A DNA stretch of 64,000 nt from NCBI GenBank assembly GCA_021819135.1, contig JAKASE010000005.1, forward strand, positions 25,882 to 89,881, written 5' to 3'. This stretch comes from Thermoplasmata archaeon (GTDB taxonomy: Archaea; Thermoplasmatota; Thermoplasmata; Lutacidiplasmatales; UBA184). The notes under the pieces are model-generated. The model saw nothing but the letters and a program-made list of their open reading frames with translations, ran no database searches and was not told where the DNA came from. A program made the position numbers and the translations under genes. Position 1 is the stretch's first letter. Every line of letters begins with the position of its first letter. Shown piece after piece: positions 47,324-56,423 of this stretch.

Positions 47324-50149
47324 ATGCCGAAGGCCCCGGCGGCCACCACTCCGCCTGTGGCCTCCCGCAGCGTGACCGTTCCAACCGATACGATGAGACC
47401 GACCTCCAAAGGGAAAGCGAAGACGGGGGCCCCCGCCGCGCCGGCCAAAGCGGCGCCGGGTAGCCGCAAGGTGACGGTCCCGGGACCGGAGGACCTGAAG
47501 CACGCCCAGGAGGACGCCCTCCTCCAGCTCAAGATCGGGCGGTCGGCCCACCTCTACACGGTGCTCGTGTCGGGGGCGCTCGCGATCGACGGGATCCTGC
47601 TCTTGTTCTTCTACCCGAACCTCCCGAACCTGGGCCCCCACCAGTCGGGCACGCTCGCGCTCGAGCATTCGTTCTTCCTCCTCCTCCCGCTCGTCGCCGG
47701 CCTCCTGGTCGCCGGAGTCGGTCTCGCGACCAAATGGGAGGCGTTCCAGCTGTGGCCCTGGGAGCCGCATTTCTCGACGACCGTGGCCGCGGTCGCCGGC
47801 AACGTCCTGCTCGCGATCGTCTACGCCCTCCGTGTCGTCGCGGTGGGGCCGTTCGCGCAGCTCAACCTGTTCCCGTGGTTCTACGCGGTCGAGCTCCTCG
47901 GGATCTCCGTCGCGGTCATCGGGTTCACCCTGACCTGGACGGGCTGGTCGAGCCGGCAGTGGATGAGCGCGATCGCCGCCCTCCTTCCGATCGCGACCGC
48001 GGGGCTCGTCTACCTGCCTCCGCCGACCACGAGCGGGGTGTCGGAAGCGTTCGCGGTCAGCCTGTTCCTGTCCGCCATCTTCTACCAGACCTCGGGCTCG
48101 TTCCTGCACCTCATCTCTTCCGGGACCCGCGTGCACGAGCGCGAGCTGATCACCTCCGGCCAGAGCAAGATGTTCCGCTACGCCGACGAGATCCGGCAGC
48201 GCGAGGACGCGGTCCGCTTCCGAGAGGCGGCGACCGGCAAGCGGGAGGTGGAGATCGAGAACTCGATCCTGTCGATCCAGCGCCAGAACGATAGCCTCAA
48301 GGAGGCGCGGGGCCAGCTCGACGCCCTCGAGGAGGACTATCGCAAGCGCTCCGACTCGGTCTCGGAGAAGGAGCGGTCGTGGGCCGGGCAACTCGCCGAG
48401 ATGGACTCGAAGGCCCGCCTGGTCGAGGACAAGACCAAGGCCCTCGAGCTCCGGGAGCAGGAGATCGGCCGGCTGCTGCCGCAGATCTCCACCCGGGAGC
48501 AGCGGCTCGTCGAGCGGGAGGGCGAGCAGACGAAGCGCGACGTCGGTCTCACCCAGCGGGAGCAGGAGCTCGCCCGCCGGGACGCCGGCCTCAAGGAGAC
48601 CGAGGGTCGGCTCGAGGGCCGTCGCAAGGAGCTCGAGCAGAAGACCCAGGACCTTCTCCGGCGGGAGGGGGAGGTCATCGCGCAGGGGGCGGCCGTGGGG
48701 GCCGCCGCGGGAGCCGCCGTCGGGAACGCGAAGTCGGCCGGTCAGGACCTCGCGTTCCGCGAGGCGAAGCTCGAACAGTTCAAGGCGGTCCTGGACGAGC
48801 AGAACGCCCAGCTCGGCAAGAAGGCCCGGGACCTGATCGATCGCGCCAAGACGGTCGAGGAGGGTCTCAAGCGCGCGGCCGACAAGGAGGCCGGCCTCGC
48901 CGCGCGCGAGGCCACGGTCCGGCAGCGGGAGATCGAGATCGTCGACCTCACCAAGGACGCCACCGATCGCCGGGCCCGCTACGAGGCGGCCTCGCGCGAC
49001 TACGAGTCCCGGCTCGAGGAGTACGGGCGGAAATCGGCGGCCGTCGCCCAGAAGGGGACCGAGGCCGACCAGCGCCTGCGCTCGGTCACGGAGCGGGAAG
49101 GCGCCCTCGGGGCCCGTGAGGAACGCCTCAAAGCGACCTCCCAGGGGCTCGAACGCCGGGAGCGCGACCTCGCCGCCCGGGAAGTGGCGCTGCGGGATGC
49201 CGAGGCGGAGGTGAGCCTTCGGCGCCAGGCGGCGGGCCGGGGCGAGCTCTCGTTCGTCGGCCCCGCCGCGGCCGAGGGGGCCGGGCCGGCGGCCGCGACC
49301 TCCCGGCGGGAGCGCCTGGTCGTGCCCGCCGCCGGACGCGGCGCGGTGCGCGACGTGAGCGGTTCGCTGATCGATCCGGCCAGCGAGACCGATGCGGAGA
49401 CGCTGACCCAGCACGCGACCCGACGGCACGGCGACCGGCTTCCGACCGGCACGCCGCGGCTCGATGACCTCCTCCTCGGAGGCATCCCGCCGAAGGGCCA
49501 CGTCGTCGTCCTCGGCGACGCCTTCGTCGGGAAGGAGGTCGTCCTCTACACGTTCATCGCCGAGGGCCTGAAGCGGGGCGAGCCCGCGGTCCTCGTCACC
49601 GCGGCCCGTTCCCCGGCCGAGGTCTCCCAGAGCCTCGGCGTCGTCCTCCCCCAGTTCCGGGAGTACGAGCAGATGGGGATGGTGCACTGGATCGACGCGT
49701 CGGGCTCGGGGGCGACCCCCGATGCCCATCACATCGTGCTCAAGAGCTCGGACGACCGGGCGGGGATCCTGTCGAACCTGGTCCAGACGGCGACGCGCCT
49801 CGACGGCGGCAAGTCGACCGCGTTCCGGGTCGGCTTCTTCGGCCTCGCCGCGGTCTTAGCCCATGGCGAGGAGCGGGCGAGCTTCTCCTTCCTCCAGAAC
49901 GTCGTGGGGATCCTGAAGCCGAGGAACGCCCTCGCGGCGTATTCCCTCGAGGCGGGAGCGCTGTCGGAGGCGCAGGTCGAGACGCTGCTCTCCCGGATGG
50001 ACGGGGCGATCCTCTTCCGCCAAGACCGGGACCGGCTGCTGCTCTCGGTCCAGGGATTCGGGGACGTCGAGACCCGGGACTGGGTCGAGTGCCGGGTGAC
50101 GCCCCGCGCGCTGATCGTCGGCTCGTTCGCCCTCGAACGGATCCGCTGA
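47324..50149 (+). CDS. Membrane-anchored coiled-coil protein with C-terminal RAD55/KaiC-like domain
   Basis: Multi-TM N-terminal region, long E/R/K heptad region, then LPTGTPRLDDLLLGGIP..GDAFVGKE..GLKRGEP..MDGAI. Confidence 0.8.
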   Translation: MPKAPAATTPPVASRSVTVPTDTMRPTSKGKAKTGAPAAPAKAAPGSRKVTVPGPEDLKHAQEDALLQLKIGRSAHLYTVLVSGALAIDGILLLFFYPNLPNLGPHQSGTLALEHSFFLLLPLVAGLLVAGVGLATKWEAFQLWPWEPHFSTTVAAVAGNVLLAIVYALRVVAVGPFAQLNLFPWFYAVELLGISVAVIGFTLTWTGWSSRQWMSAIAALLPIATAGLVYLPPPTTSGVSEAFAVSLFLSAIFYQTSGSFLHLISSGTRVHERELITSGQSKMFRYADEIRQREDAVRFREAATGKREVEIENSILSIQRQNDSLKEARGQLDALEEDYRKRSDSVSEKERSWAGQLAEMDSKARLVEDKTKALELREQEIGRLLPQISTREQRLVEREGEQTKRDVGLTQREQELARRDAGLKETEGRLEGRRKELEQKTQDLLRREGEVIAQGAAVGAAAGAAVGNAKSAGQDLAFREAKLEQFKAVLDEQNAQLGKKARDLIDRAKTVEEGLKRAADKEAGLAAREATVRQREIEIVDLTKDATDRRARYEAASRDYESRLEEYGRKSAAVAQKGTEADQRLRSVTEREGALGAREERLKATSQGLERRERDLAAREVALRDAEAEVSLRRQAAGRGELSFVGPAAAEGAGPAAATSRRERLVVPAAGRGAVRDVSGSLIDPASETDAETLTQHATRRHGDRLPTGTPRLDDLLLGGIPPKGHVVVLGDAFVGKEVVLYTFIAEGLKRGEPAVLVTAARSPAEVSQSLGVVLPQFREYEQMGMVHWIDASGSGATPDAHHIVLKSSDDRAGILSNLVQTATRLDGGKSTAFRVGFFGLAAVLAHGEERASFSFLQNVVGILKPRNALAAYSLEAGALSEAQVETLLSRMDGAILFRQDRDRLLLSVQGFGDVETRDWVECRVTPRALIVGSFALERIR

Positions 50150-50168
50150 GCGAGCTCCGATCCCCGGC

Positions 50169-51158
50169 TCAGCCGGTGTCGCCCTCGTACTCCGCCCGGT
50201 CCACGACGTGCGCGGGCGGTTCGCCGCGGAAGAACCGGGAGACGTTCTCGAGCGCGCGGTCGAGCACGTACGGCTCGATGTCGGGGCCGAGCCCGGCGGA
50301 GTGCGGGGTCCCCACGAAGTTGGGAAGCTCGGCGAACGGGAAGCGGCTCCCGACCGTCCCGCGCGCGAAGTCCTCGTCCCACCAGACGTCGAGCGCGGCG
50401 CGGAACCCGGGATGCGTCTTGAGGTGCCGATAGAGGGCCTCCTCGTCGACGGTCGCGGCGCGCCCGATATTGACGAAGATCGCCTCGGGCCGCATCGCGT
50501 TGAGGACCGCGGCGTCGATCGTCCCCCGGGTCGCCCGCGTGAGCGGTCGGGCATCGAAGACCACGTCCGCCCGGGCGACCGCTTCCCGCAGGCCGGCGGC
50601 CGGAACGGTCTCGTCGACCCCGTCGGCCGGCCGACCGTCGCGGGTGAGCCCGATGCACCGCATGCCGAACCCCCGGAGCCGCTCGGCGATCGCCCGGCCG
50701 ATCGCCCCGTAGCCGAGGATCAGTGCCGTGCGGCGGAAGAGGAGCCGCTGCTCGGGGGCCGGGCGCAGACGGCCCTCGCGGACCTGAGCATGGGCGAGGA
50801 CGAGCGACCGGGCCGCCGCGAGCGCGAGCGCGACCGCGTGTTCCGCGACGAAGGGGGCATACGCGCCCACGTTCCCCGCGATGCGCACCGACGGGGGGAA
50901 CCAGTCGAACGGGAACCCGTCCACGCCCGTGTAGATCCGCTGGACGAAGGCAAGGTGCGGCGTCTCCTCCGCACGGAACGTCCCTAGCTCCCGGGGCAGC
51001 GCGCCGACGAGCATCGCCTCGACCGAACGCCAGCGCTGGTGGTCCGAGCCTTCAGCGTAGGTCCACGGGACCGGGCCGAGCCTCTCCGAGATCGCCCGGG
51101 TCGTGGTGTCGGCCGGTCGCAGGGTCACGAGGAGCCGGGGATCCGGGACCGGGGCCAT
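50169..51158 (-). CDS. D-isomer-specific 2-hydroxyacid dehydrogenase family protein
   Basis: VAEHA, ILGYGAIG, PLTRATRG, VNIGRA, ALDVW, TPHSAG. Confidence 0.9.
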   Translation of the reverse strand: MAPVPDPRLLVTLRPADTTTRAISERLGPVPWTYAEGSDHQRWRSVEAMLVGALPRELGTFRAEETPHLAFVQRIYTGVDGFPFDWFPPSVRIAGNVGAYAPFVAEHAVALALAAARSLVLAHAQVREGRLRPAPEQRLLFRRTALILGYGAIGRAIAERLRGFGMRCIGLTRDGRPADGVDETVPAAGLREAVARADVVFDARPLTRATRGTIDAAVLNAMRPEAIFVNIGRAATVDEEALYRHLKTHPGFRAALDVWWDEDFARGTVGSRFPFAELPNFVGTPHSAGLGPDIEPYVLDRALENVSRFFRGEPPAHVVDRAEYEGDTG

Positions 51159-51311
51159 CGGACGGGCGGAGCGGTGCGGGCCCTTTTAGCTGCGCGCGTG
51201 GGCCGCCGCCCAGAACGGTCCTCGGGACTCACGGCGGGCGGCGGACCGTATAGGGGCCGCCCCACGCGTCCGGAGAAGACCCTATAGGGCGGTGCGGAGG
51301 GGTACGATGGG

Positions 51312-52085
51312 ATGGCCGCTGTCACCCTCGACCTCTGGCACACGCTCATCTTCCTCCCCCCGGAGGAAGAGGAACGGTACATGGCGACCCAGGTGCAGGT
51401 CGCCACCGAGGTCCTCGAGAGCTCCGCTGTAGGTCCAGGGGCGACCGAGCGGTCGACCGAGGAGCTGCGCCGGGCGTTCGCAGCCGAGTACACCCGGGCG
51501 GTGAAGGAGGCCGGCCAGGGTCGCACGGTGACCCCGGCCGAACAGGTCCGGCGGGCCGGCCTCGCCACCGGTCGGCTCGTTGATCCGAACCGGTACCTCG
51601 AACGACTTGGCGCGGTCGTGGGGGACCTCGGGTTCCAGCGCGCCCCCGGCGCCCTCGAGTTCCTTGAGGGGCTGCGGGAGGACGGATACCGGCTCGGAGT
51701 GATCTCGAACACCGTCGGCGAGCCGGGGGCGTTCCTGCGCCCCGCGCTGCGCGCGATGGGCGTCGAGCGCCTCGTCAACGCGATCGTCTTCAGCGACGAG
51801 CATCCCTGGACCAAGCCCGCGCCCGAGATCTTCCGCGAAACGCTGCACCAGCTGTCGGCGACCCCCGACGAGGCGGTCCACGTCGGGGACGGCTGGTCGG
51901 ACATCGAGGGGGCGCGTCGGGCCGGCCTGCGGGCCGGGATCCTGTTCACCGGTCTCCAGAACTACGGGGCATGGTACAAGTCGCTCTTCCTGCCCGACGG
52001 CTGGGACCGACCCGCGACGGACCACGTGGCGTCCCGGCTCGACGAGGTCCGGGAGATGGTCCACACGATCCTGCCCATGCGGTAG
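51312..52085 (+). CDS. HAD-superfamily hydrolase
   Basis: DLWHTL, VISN, KPAPEIF, HVGD..SDIEGA. Confidence 0.9.
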   Translation: MAAVTLDLWHTLIFLPPEEEERYMATQVQVATEVLESSAVGPGATERSTEELRRAFAAEYTRAVKEAGQGRTVTPAEQVRRAGLATGRLVDPNRYLERLGAVVGDLGFQRAPGALEFLEGLREDGYRLGVISNTVGEPGAFLRPALRAMGVERLVNAIVFSDEHPWTKPAPEIFRETLHQLSATPDEAVHVGDGWSDIEGARRAGLRAGILFTGLQNYGAWYKSLFLPDGWDRPATDHVASRLDEVREMVHTILPMR

Positions 52086-52118
52086 GCCCGATGCGCGGGC
52101 CCGGGGGACCCGGTCGAT

Positions 52119-52394
52119 CTATTCCTCGCCCATATGGCGAGGCTTCGGGATGACCTTCGGCTGGTCGGCCTCGGTCGGCATCCCGGTCTTGCCGGGCACG
52201 ATGTCGCAGTCCTGCCAGTTGATGCCCACCGTCACCTTCGGGAAGGCGACCTTCAGCGTGTAGTTCGCGATCTTCCCGACCACGAGCCCCTGCGCGCCGA
52301 TGACCAGGTTCGGGTTCATGGTCGAGAGGTCGTGGGTCAGCACGACCCGGGTCTGCCCAAAGACGATCTTCGCCAGGGTCTCGCGGTCTTCCAT
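52119..52394 (-). CDS. Hypothetical protein (91 aa, small beta-barrel-like)
   Basis: Clean codon usage; TTAAG box about 28 nt upstream. Confidence 0.7.
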   Translation of the reverse strand: MEDRETLAKIVFGQTRVVLTHDLSTMNPNLVIGAQGLVVGKIANYTLKVAFPKVTVGINWQDCDIVPGKTGMPTEADQPKVIPKPRHMGEE

Positions 52395-52537
52395 CGCGGG
52401 TTCCGTCGATAGGCGTCCGCTCTTAACGGCTCGGTGTCCGGCGGGCTCCGGGCGGCGCGCCCCCCTGACGATGGCGGGGGACCCGGAGGTGTAACGAAAG
52501 AAAGCCGTCGAAAACGGGATTTATCTACTAGGACCCC

Positions 52538-53248
52538 ATGCGCGAGCTTAACATGCCAGCGTCTGGTGAGACGATGGAAACAGCGACCGGGATGAGAGAA
52601 GCCCCCCCGAAGGTGGAGGAGAAACCGGAGTGGTGGGCCAGTCCAGCCGTCGTGGGCCTGATGGGATTCGGCACGACCACGATGATCGCGGGGCTGAGCA
52701 ATCTGCCGTATCCCTATGTCATGGGATTCTGGCAAAACTGGGTCGTCTTTGGGATGGCCCTGTTCTTCGGTGGGCTCGCCCAGCTCATCGCGGGGCTGAT
52801 CGCTCTGCGGAAAGGGAACATGTTCGCGGGATCCGCGTTCGTGGGATACGGAGCGTTCTGGCTGGCGTTCACGTACATGCTCACACAGTTCCTACCGATA
52901 AGTGGCTCCGCCGGCTACTTCGGCGGCCCGACCGGAGCGTTCTGGGGGGTCGCGGGCTTCGCGTTCATCTGGATGATGTTCACGTTCACCTTCCTGATCA
53001 ACGCGCCCAAGCACGGATGGGGGATCTTCATGGTCTTCCTGTTCCTGTTCATCGCGTTCCTGCTGCTGGTCGTTAAGTTCGCCAGCATCGCGATGGGCCA
53101 GACGACGTTCATCGTCGACGCGACCCACTCTGGGTCGGCCAACTGGGCGGTCGGTGGAGAGATCATCTTCACGGGCTTCATTGCCTGGTACGTCGCGACC
53201 GCGGACCTGACCAACTGGAACTACGGGCGGAAGGTCCTACCGTCCTAG
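52538..53248 (+). CDS. satP: Acetate uptake transporter, SatP/YaaH/GPR1-FUN34 family
   Basis: ASPAVVGLMGFGTTT, FFGGLAQLIAG, GYGAFW, six TM helices. Start uncertain (52538-52592). Confidence 0.9.
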   Translation: MRELNMPASGETMETATGMREAPPKVEEKPEWWASPAVVGLMGFGTTTMIAGLSNLPYPYVMGFWQNWVVFGMALFFGGLAQLIAGLIALRKGNMFAGSAFVGYGAFWLAFTYMLTQFLPISGSAGYFGGPTGAFWGVAGFAFIWMMFTFTFLINAPKHGWGIFMVFLFLFIAFLLLVVKFASIAMGQTTFIVDATHSGSANWAVGGEIIFTGFIAWYVATADLTNWNYGRKVLPS

Positions 53249-53365
53249 GTCGGGACGGTTCCTTCGGAGCCAACCCCTTCCTTCTTCCTATCCCTCTTCC
53301 GGCGCAGGGAACGCCGGCGGGCGCTCCCACGCGATCCGGCGAGATGCGGAGGCGCGCGGGACCCG

Positions 53366-54061
53366 CTATTCCTCGGGCTCACGACGGCGGCGTCGCCGAT
53401 CGCGGTCCCGGGGGGCCTCGTCGCTGTCGTACCGCCGGAACGACCGGCCCCGCGGCGCGTAGGAACGGCCCCCCTTCGACCGGCCCGAGGGCGGCCCGAA
53501 ACGGCGGCCCCGGGATCCCCGGTCGTCGCGGCCGAACCCGCCCTCCCGCCGTCCCCCTTCGGTCCGGGGCGGCAGGGTGAACCGGTTGCCGCAGGCCTCG
53601 CACTCCCCCACCAGGAGACCTTCCTCGTTGGTGGTGAACCGTAGCGGCGCCCCGCACTGGCGGCAGGGGCGGCTCCGGGGACCCATCGGGCCTCCCCCCG
53701 GAGGGGCGAACGAACGTTCCCGGCGGGCCGGACGCTCCTCCCTCGGGGCGGCCGAGCGAGCCACGTAGATCTCCGTCGTGTCGCAGCTGTCGCACCGCGC
53801 CTCCAGGGAACCATCGTCCCGTACCCGGAATAGGAGGGGCGACCCGCAGTCCGCGCACTCCGGGGTCCCTTCGGGAACGGGGCCCGTTTCGCCGGGCCCT
53901 TCCGCCCCCGCGGTCACGGGGACCGGACCCGGAGGCGAGATCGCCGAGCCCACGACCAGCGTGAACTCGTGCCCGCATCCGGAACACTGGCCGGTACGGA
54001 GCCGGACCTCGCGCTCGGCGAACTCCATCGGATTACCACAGTCGGGACAGGAGGACGACAT
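53366..54061 (-). CDS. Triple zinc-ribbon protein with R/G-rich tail
   Basis: Six CxxC pairs (CPDC/CSGC, CADC/CDSC, CRQC/CEAC) and a basic disordered C-terminus. Confidence 0.8.
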   Translation of the reverse strand: MSSSCPDCGNPMEFAEREVRLRTGQCSGCGHEFTLVVGSAISPPGPVPVTAGAEGPGETGPVPEGTPECADCGSPLLFRVRDDGSLEARCDSCDTTEIYVARSAAPREERPARRERSFAPPGGGPMGPRSRPCRQCGAPLRFTTNEEGLLVGECEACGNRFTLPPRTEGGRREGGFGRDDRGSRGRRFGPPSGRSKGGRSYAPRGRSFRRYDSDEAPRDRDRRRRRREPEE

Positions 54062-54196
54062 ACCTACCGAGGAGAGAGTCGGCCCACGCTCATTAGGTGG
54101 ACGGGCCCGTGCTACCCCGTCCCCCGGCGCCCCGGGATACCCCGCGTCGGCTGGGCGAGCGAGCCCCGGAACGGCGGTTCACCGGGTGCGGCGACG

Positions 54197-54907
54197 TCAC
54201 GAGGGAGCGCGCACCGGTCGGTCGCGCCGCAATCGGACCTCGAGGGCTCCGCGCACGATCAGGAGCGCGATCACGAACAGGGGTAGGAGGATGAGGTCGC
54301 TGCCGGGCCAGGCGAACCCGACCGCCTCCCCGAACCAGAACGCCGCGAAGGCGAACAGGAGGGAGGTCGCGCCGAGCTTGAGCCACGGCACCTTGATCCG
54401 ACGGATCCGCTCGTGCACGACCGCCGTCGCGGTCACGAGCACGGCCCCCGCGACCACCGCCCCGACGAGGGCGGAGGACCCGTAGCCGGCGGCGGCGAGC
54501 GCGAGGAGCACGATCACGGCCTCGGTCGCCTCGACGGCGCCGACCGAGAACCCCCCGGCGAACTGGAGCGCGGCCCGGTTCTTGGGCGGGGCCGACCCAG
54601 AGCTTCCCGGCGGCGTCCGGGCCCTCCGATAGGTCTTGAGGGTACTTCGGAAGAGGAAGGCGCCGAAGCCGAGCAGTACGATCGCCGAGGCCCAGAGAAG
54701 GTCAACGTGCGGGAAGGCGAGGAGGAGCGCGCCGAACCCGAGGCCGATGAGCCCGACCGTCGCCGTACCGCTGACCGCTCCCGCCGCGCCATGCGCGATC
54801 GTCGAGTGATCGGCGCTCAGCGCGAAGACGAGGGCGACGACCTCGGTCATCTCGAGCATCGTGATCAGGAACGCGATCAGCAAGGCCGGTCCGTACAGAT
54901 CGAACAT
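54197..54907 (-). CDS. COG4280-like membrane protein (ExxE motifs; possible cation transporter)
   Basis: Two halves, each with ExxE in a TM helix (LEMTEVV, VEATEAV); about 7 TM helices. Confidence 0.75.
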   Translation of the reverse strand: MFDLYGPALLIAFLITMLEMTEVVALVFALSADHSTIAHGAAGAVSGTATVGLIGLGFGALLLAFPHVDLLWASAIVLLGFGAFLFRSTLKTYRRARTPPGSSGSAPPKNRAALQFAGGFSVGAVEATEAVIVLLALAAAGYGSSALVGAVVAGAVLVTATAVVHERIRRIKVPWLKLGATSLLFAFAAFWFGEAVGFAWPGSDLILLPLFVIALLIVRGALEVRLRRDRPVRAPS

Positions 54908-54983
54908 GCCGTACCTCAGGTCCCCGACATCGGCCCCGAAGCTCCCCCCGAAGGCCGACGGGTCCGCCAGGGGACAGAGAACA

Positions 54984-55634
54984 TCAAGGCTCGCCCCCTC
55001 GGGGAGCGTATGCGAAGGAGACCACCTGCGAGCGGTTCACCGGGAGTCGCCCCCGGACCGCTCCGATCAGGTCGTGCACGGCCGTCTTCGAGAATCGACC
55101 CCAGAGGTCGATCGAGAGGGTGTGCGTCCGCTCGCGGTGGACGCGGCGCACGACCGCGTCCGCCCGGAGGCGCACCGGGCCCGAAAGCCGGATCGCGAAC
55201 GCTCGGGCATCGGCGAGCCGTCGCCATTCGTCGCTGGCGAGCGCCTTCAGTAGGTGGCCCACGGGCTCGTCGCGCCGGTCGTGGCTCGGCTCGGGCAGGG
55301 GGAGCCAGCCGCCGGGCGTCGCCTCCCAGTGGTCGACCCGGCGGAACCCCTGGGCCGAGAACGCGTGAAGGAGCTCCGCGGTGAGCCGGAGCAGGTCGCT
55401 CACCTCGACCACCTCCCGTTCCCTGAGGAGCGCCTCGATTTCCCGGAAGACGGGGATTTCCGGCTGCCGGACGATCTCGTGCGAGAGGTCGATCTCCACG
55501 CGGACATGCGAGAACGCGGGAGCGGCGCGGCGGGCACGGACCCCGGCCACGGCCGTGGGCCACTCCAGGATCGAGGTCGGACCGGTGAGGTCGGGGGCGG
55601 AGCTCGCGATCGGTGCGGTACGCGGAGGAGACAC
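54984..55634 (-). CDS. Hypothetical protein (216 aa)
   Basis: Frame with normal residue composition; fills an intergenic gap. Confidence 0.6.
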   Translation of the reverse strand: MSPPRTAPIASSAPDLTGPTSILEWPTAVAGVRARRAAPAFSHVRVEIDLSHEIVRQPEIPVFREIEALLREREVVEVSDLLRLTAELLHAFSAQGFRRVDHWEATPGGWLPLPEPSHDRRDEPVGHLLKALASDEWRRLADARAFAIRLSGPVRLRADAVVRRVHRERTHTLSIDLWGRFSKTAVHDLIGAVRGRLPVNRSQVVSFAYAPRGGEP

Positions 55635-55850
55635 GACCTCCGGGAGCGCCGGACCGTCAAATCGATTGGCGACTCCTCCCGGCTCAACGACCGGCGCCCG
55701 CCCTCCCGCAAGCCGATGGCCGCGAGGTTGGTTAGGTTCTCAGCCACGACCCTCGTTCCTGGACGTTCTCGCGGTCAGGTTGAGCCTCAACGGTGGATCA
55801 TCCAGTCCCGTGACGGCGGTCCTTTTCCGAAGCGGAGGCCTTTCCTTCGT

Positions 55851-56423
55851 GTGACGGTCCGGGTGCGGCCCGCACGACCCTCCGACCTCGAGGGGATCGT
55901 CGAGGTGTACAATGCCTACGTGACGGCCACGCCGGCCACGTTCGAGACGACCGCGGTGAGCCCCGAGGGCCGGCGGCCGTGGCTCGAGGACCATCGGCGC
56001 GGGGGGCGTCACCGCATCTTCGTGGCGGAGTCGGGGCCGGGTCTCCTGGTCGGGTGGGCCACGACGAGCCCCTTCCGCCCCCGGGCCGCGTACGACACGA
56101 CCGTGGAGTCGTCCGTGTACTGCCGGCCGGGCTGGACCGGTCGGGGGATCGGATCCCGGCTCTACGACCGGCTCTTCGACGCGATCCGGGAGGAGGACGT
56201 CGAGCGCGTCGTCGCCGGCATCACGCTGCCAAACCCGGGGTCGGTCGCCCTCCACCGCCGGTTCGGGTTCCGCGAGGTCGGCGTCTTCTCGCGAGTCGGT
56301 CGCAAGCTCGGCCGGTACTGGGACGTCGCGTGGTTCGAGCGCCCGTGCCGGCTGGATGGACAGACGCGGGGAGAGCCGGCGGCCCGCGCTACCGGGCCGG
56401 TCGCTCGAGCGCCGCGGCGCTGA
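55851..56423 (+). CDS. GNAT N-acetyltransferase, phosphinothricin/YncA type
   Basis: YN.YV..TPATFE, FRPRAAYDTTVESSVY, GRGIG, NPGSVALH..FGF, K.GRYWDV. Confidence 0.9.
   Translation: MTVRVRPARPSDLEGIVEVYNAYVTATPATFETTAVSPEGRRPWLEDHRRGGRHRIFVAESGPGLLVGWATTSPFRPRAAYDTTVESSVYCRPGWTGRGIGSRLYDRLFDAIREEDVERVVAGITLPNPGSVALHRRFGFREVGVFSRVGRKLGRYWDVAWFERPCRLDGQTRGEPAARATGPVARAPRR

Noticed and set aside
48200-49230. DNA tandem repeat or CRISPR-like periodicity
   Set aside because: The apparent repetitiveness comes from RE/QRE coiled-coil codons; there are no fixed-length nucleotide repeats with spacers.
52538-53248. satP as a recent horizontal insertion because of lower GC
   Set aside because: Hydrophobic F/I/M/W-rich composition explains much of the shift, and there are no flanking repeats or mobility genes.
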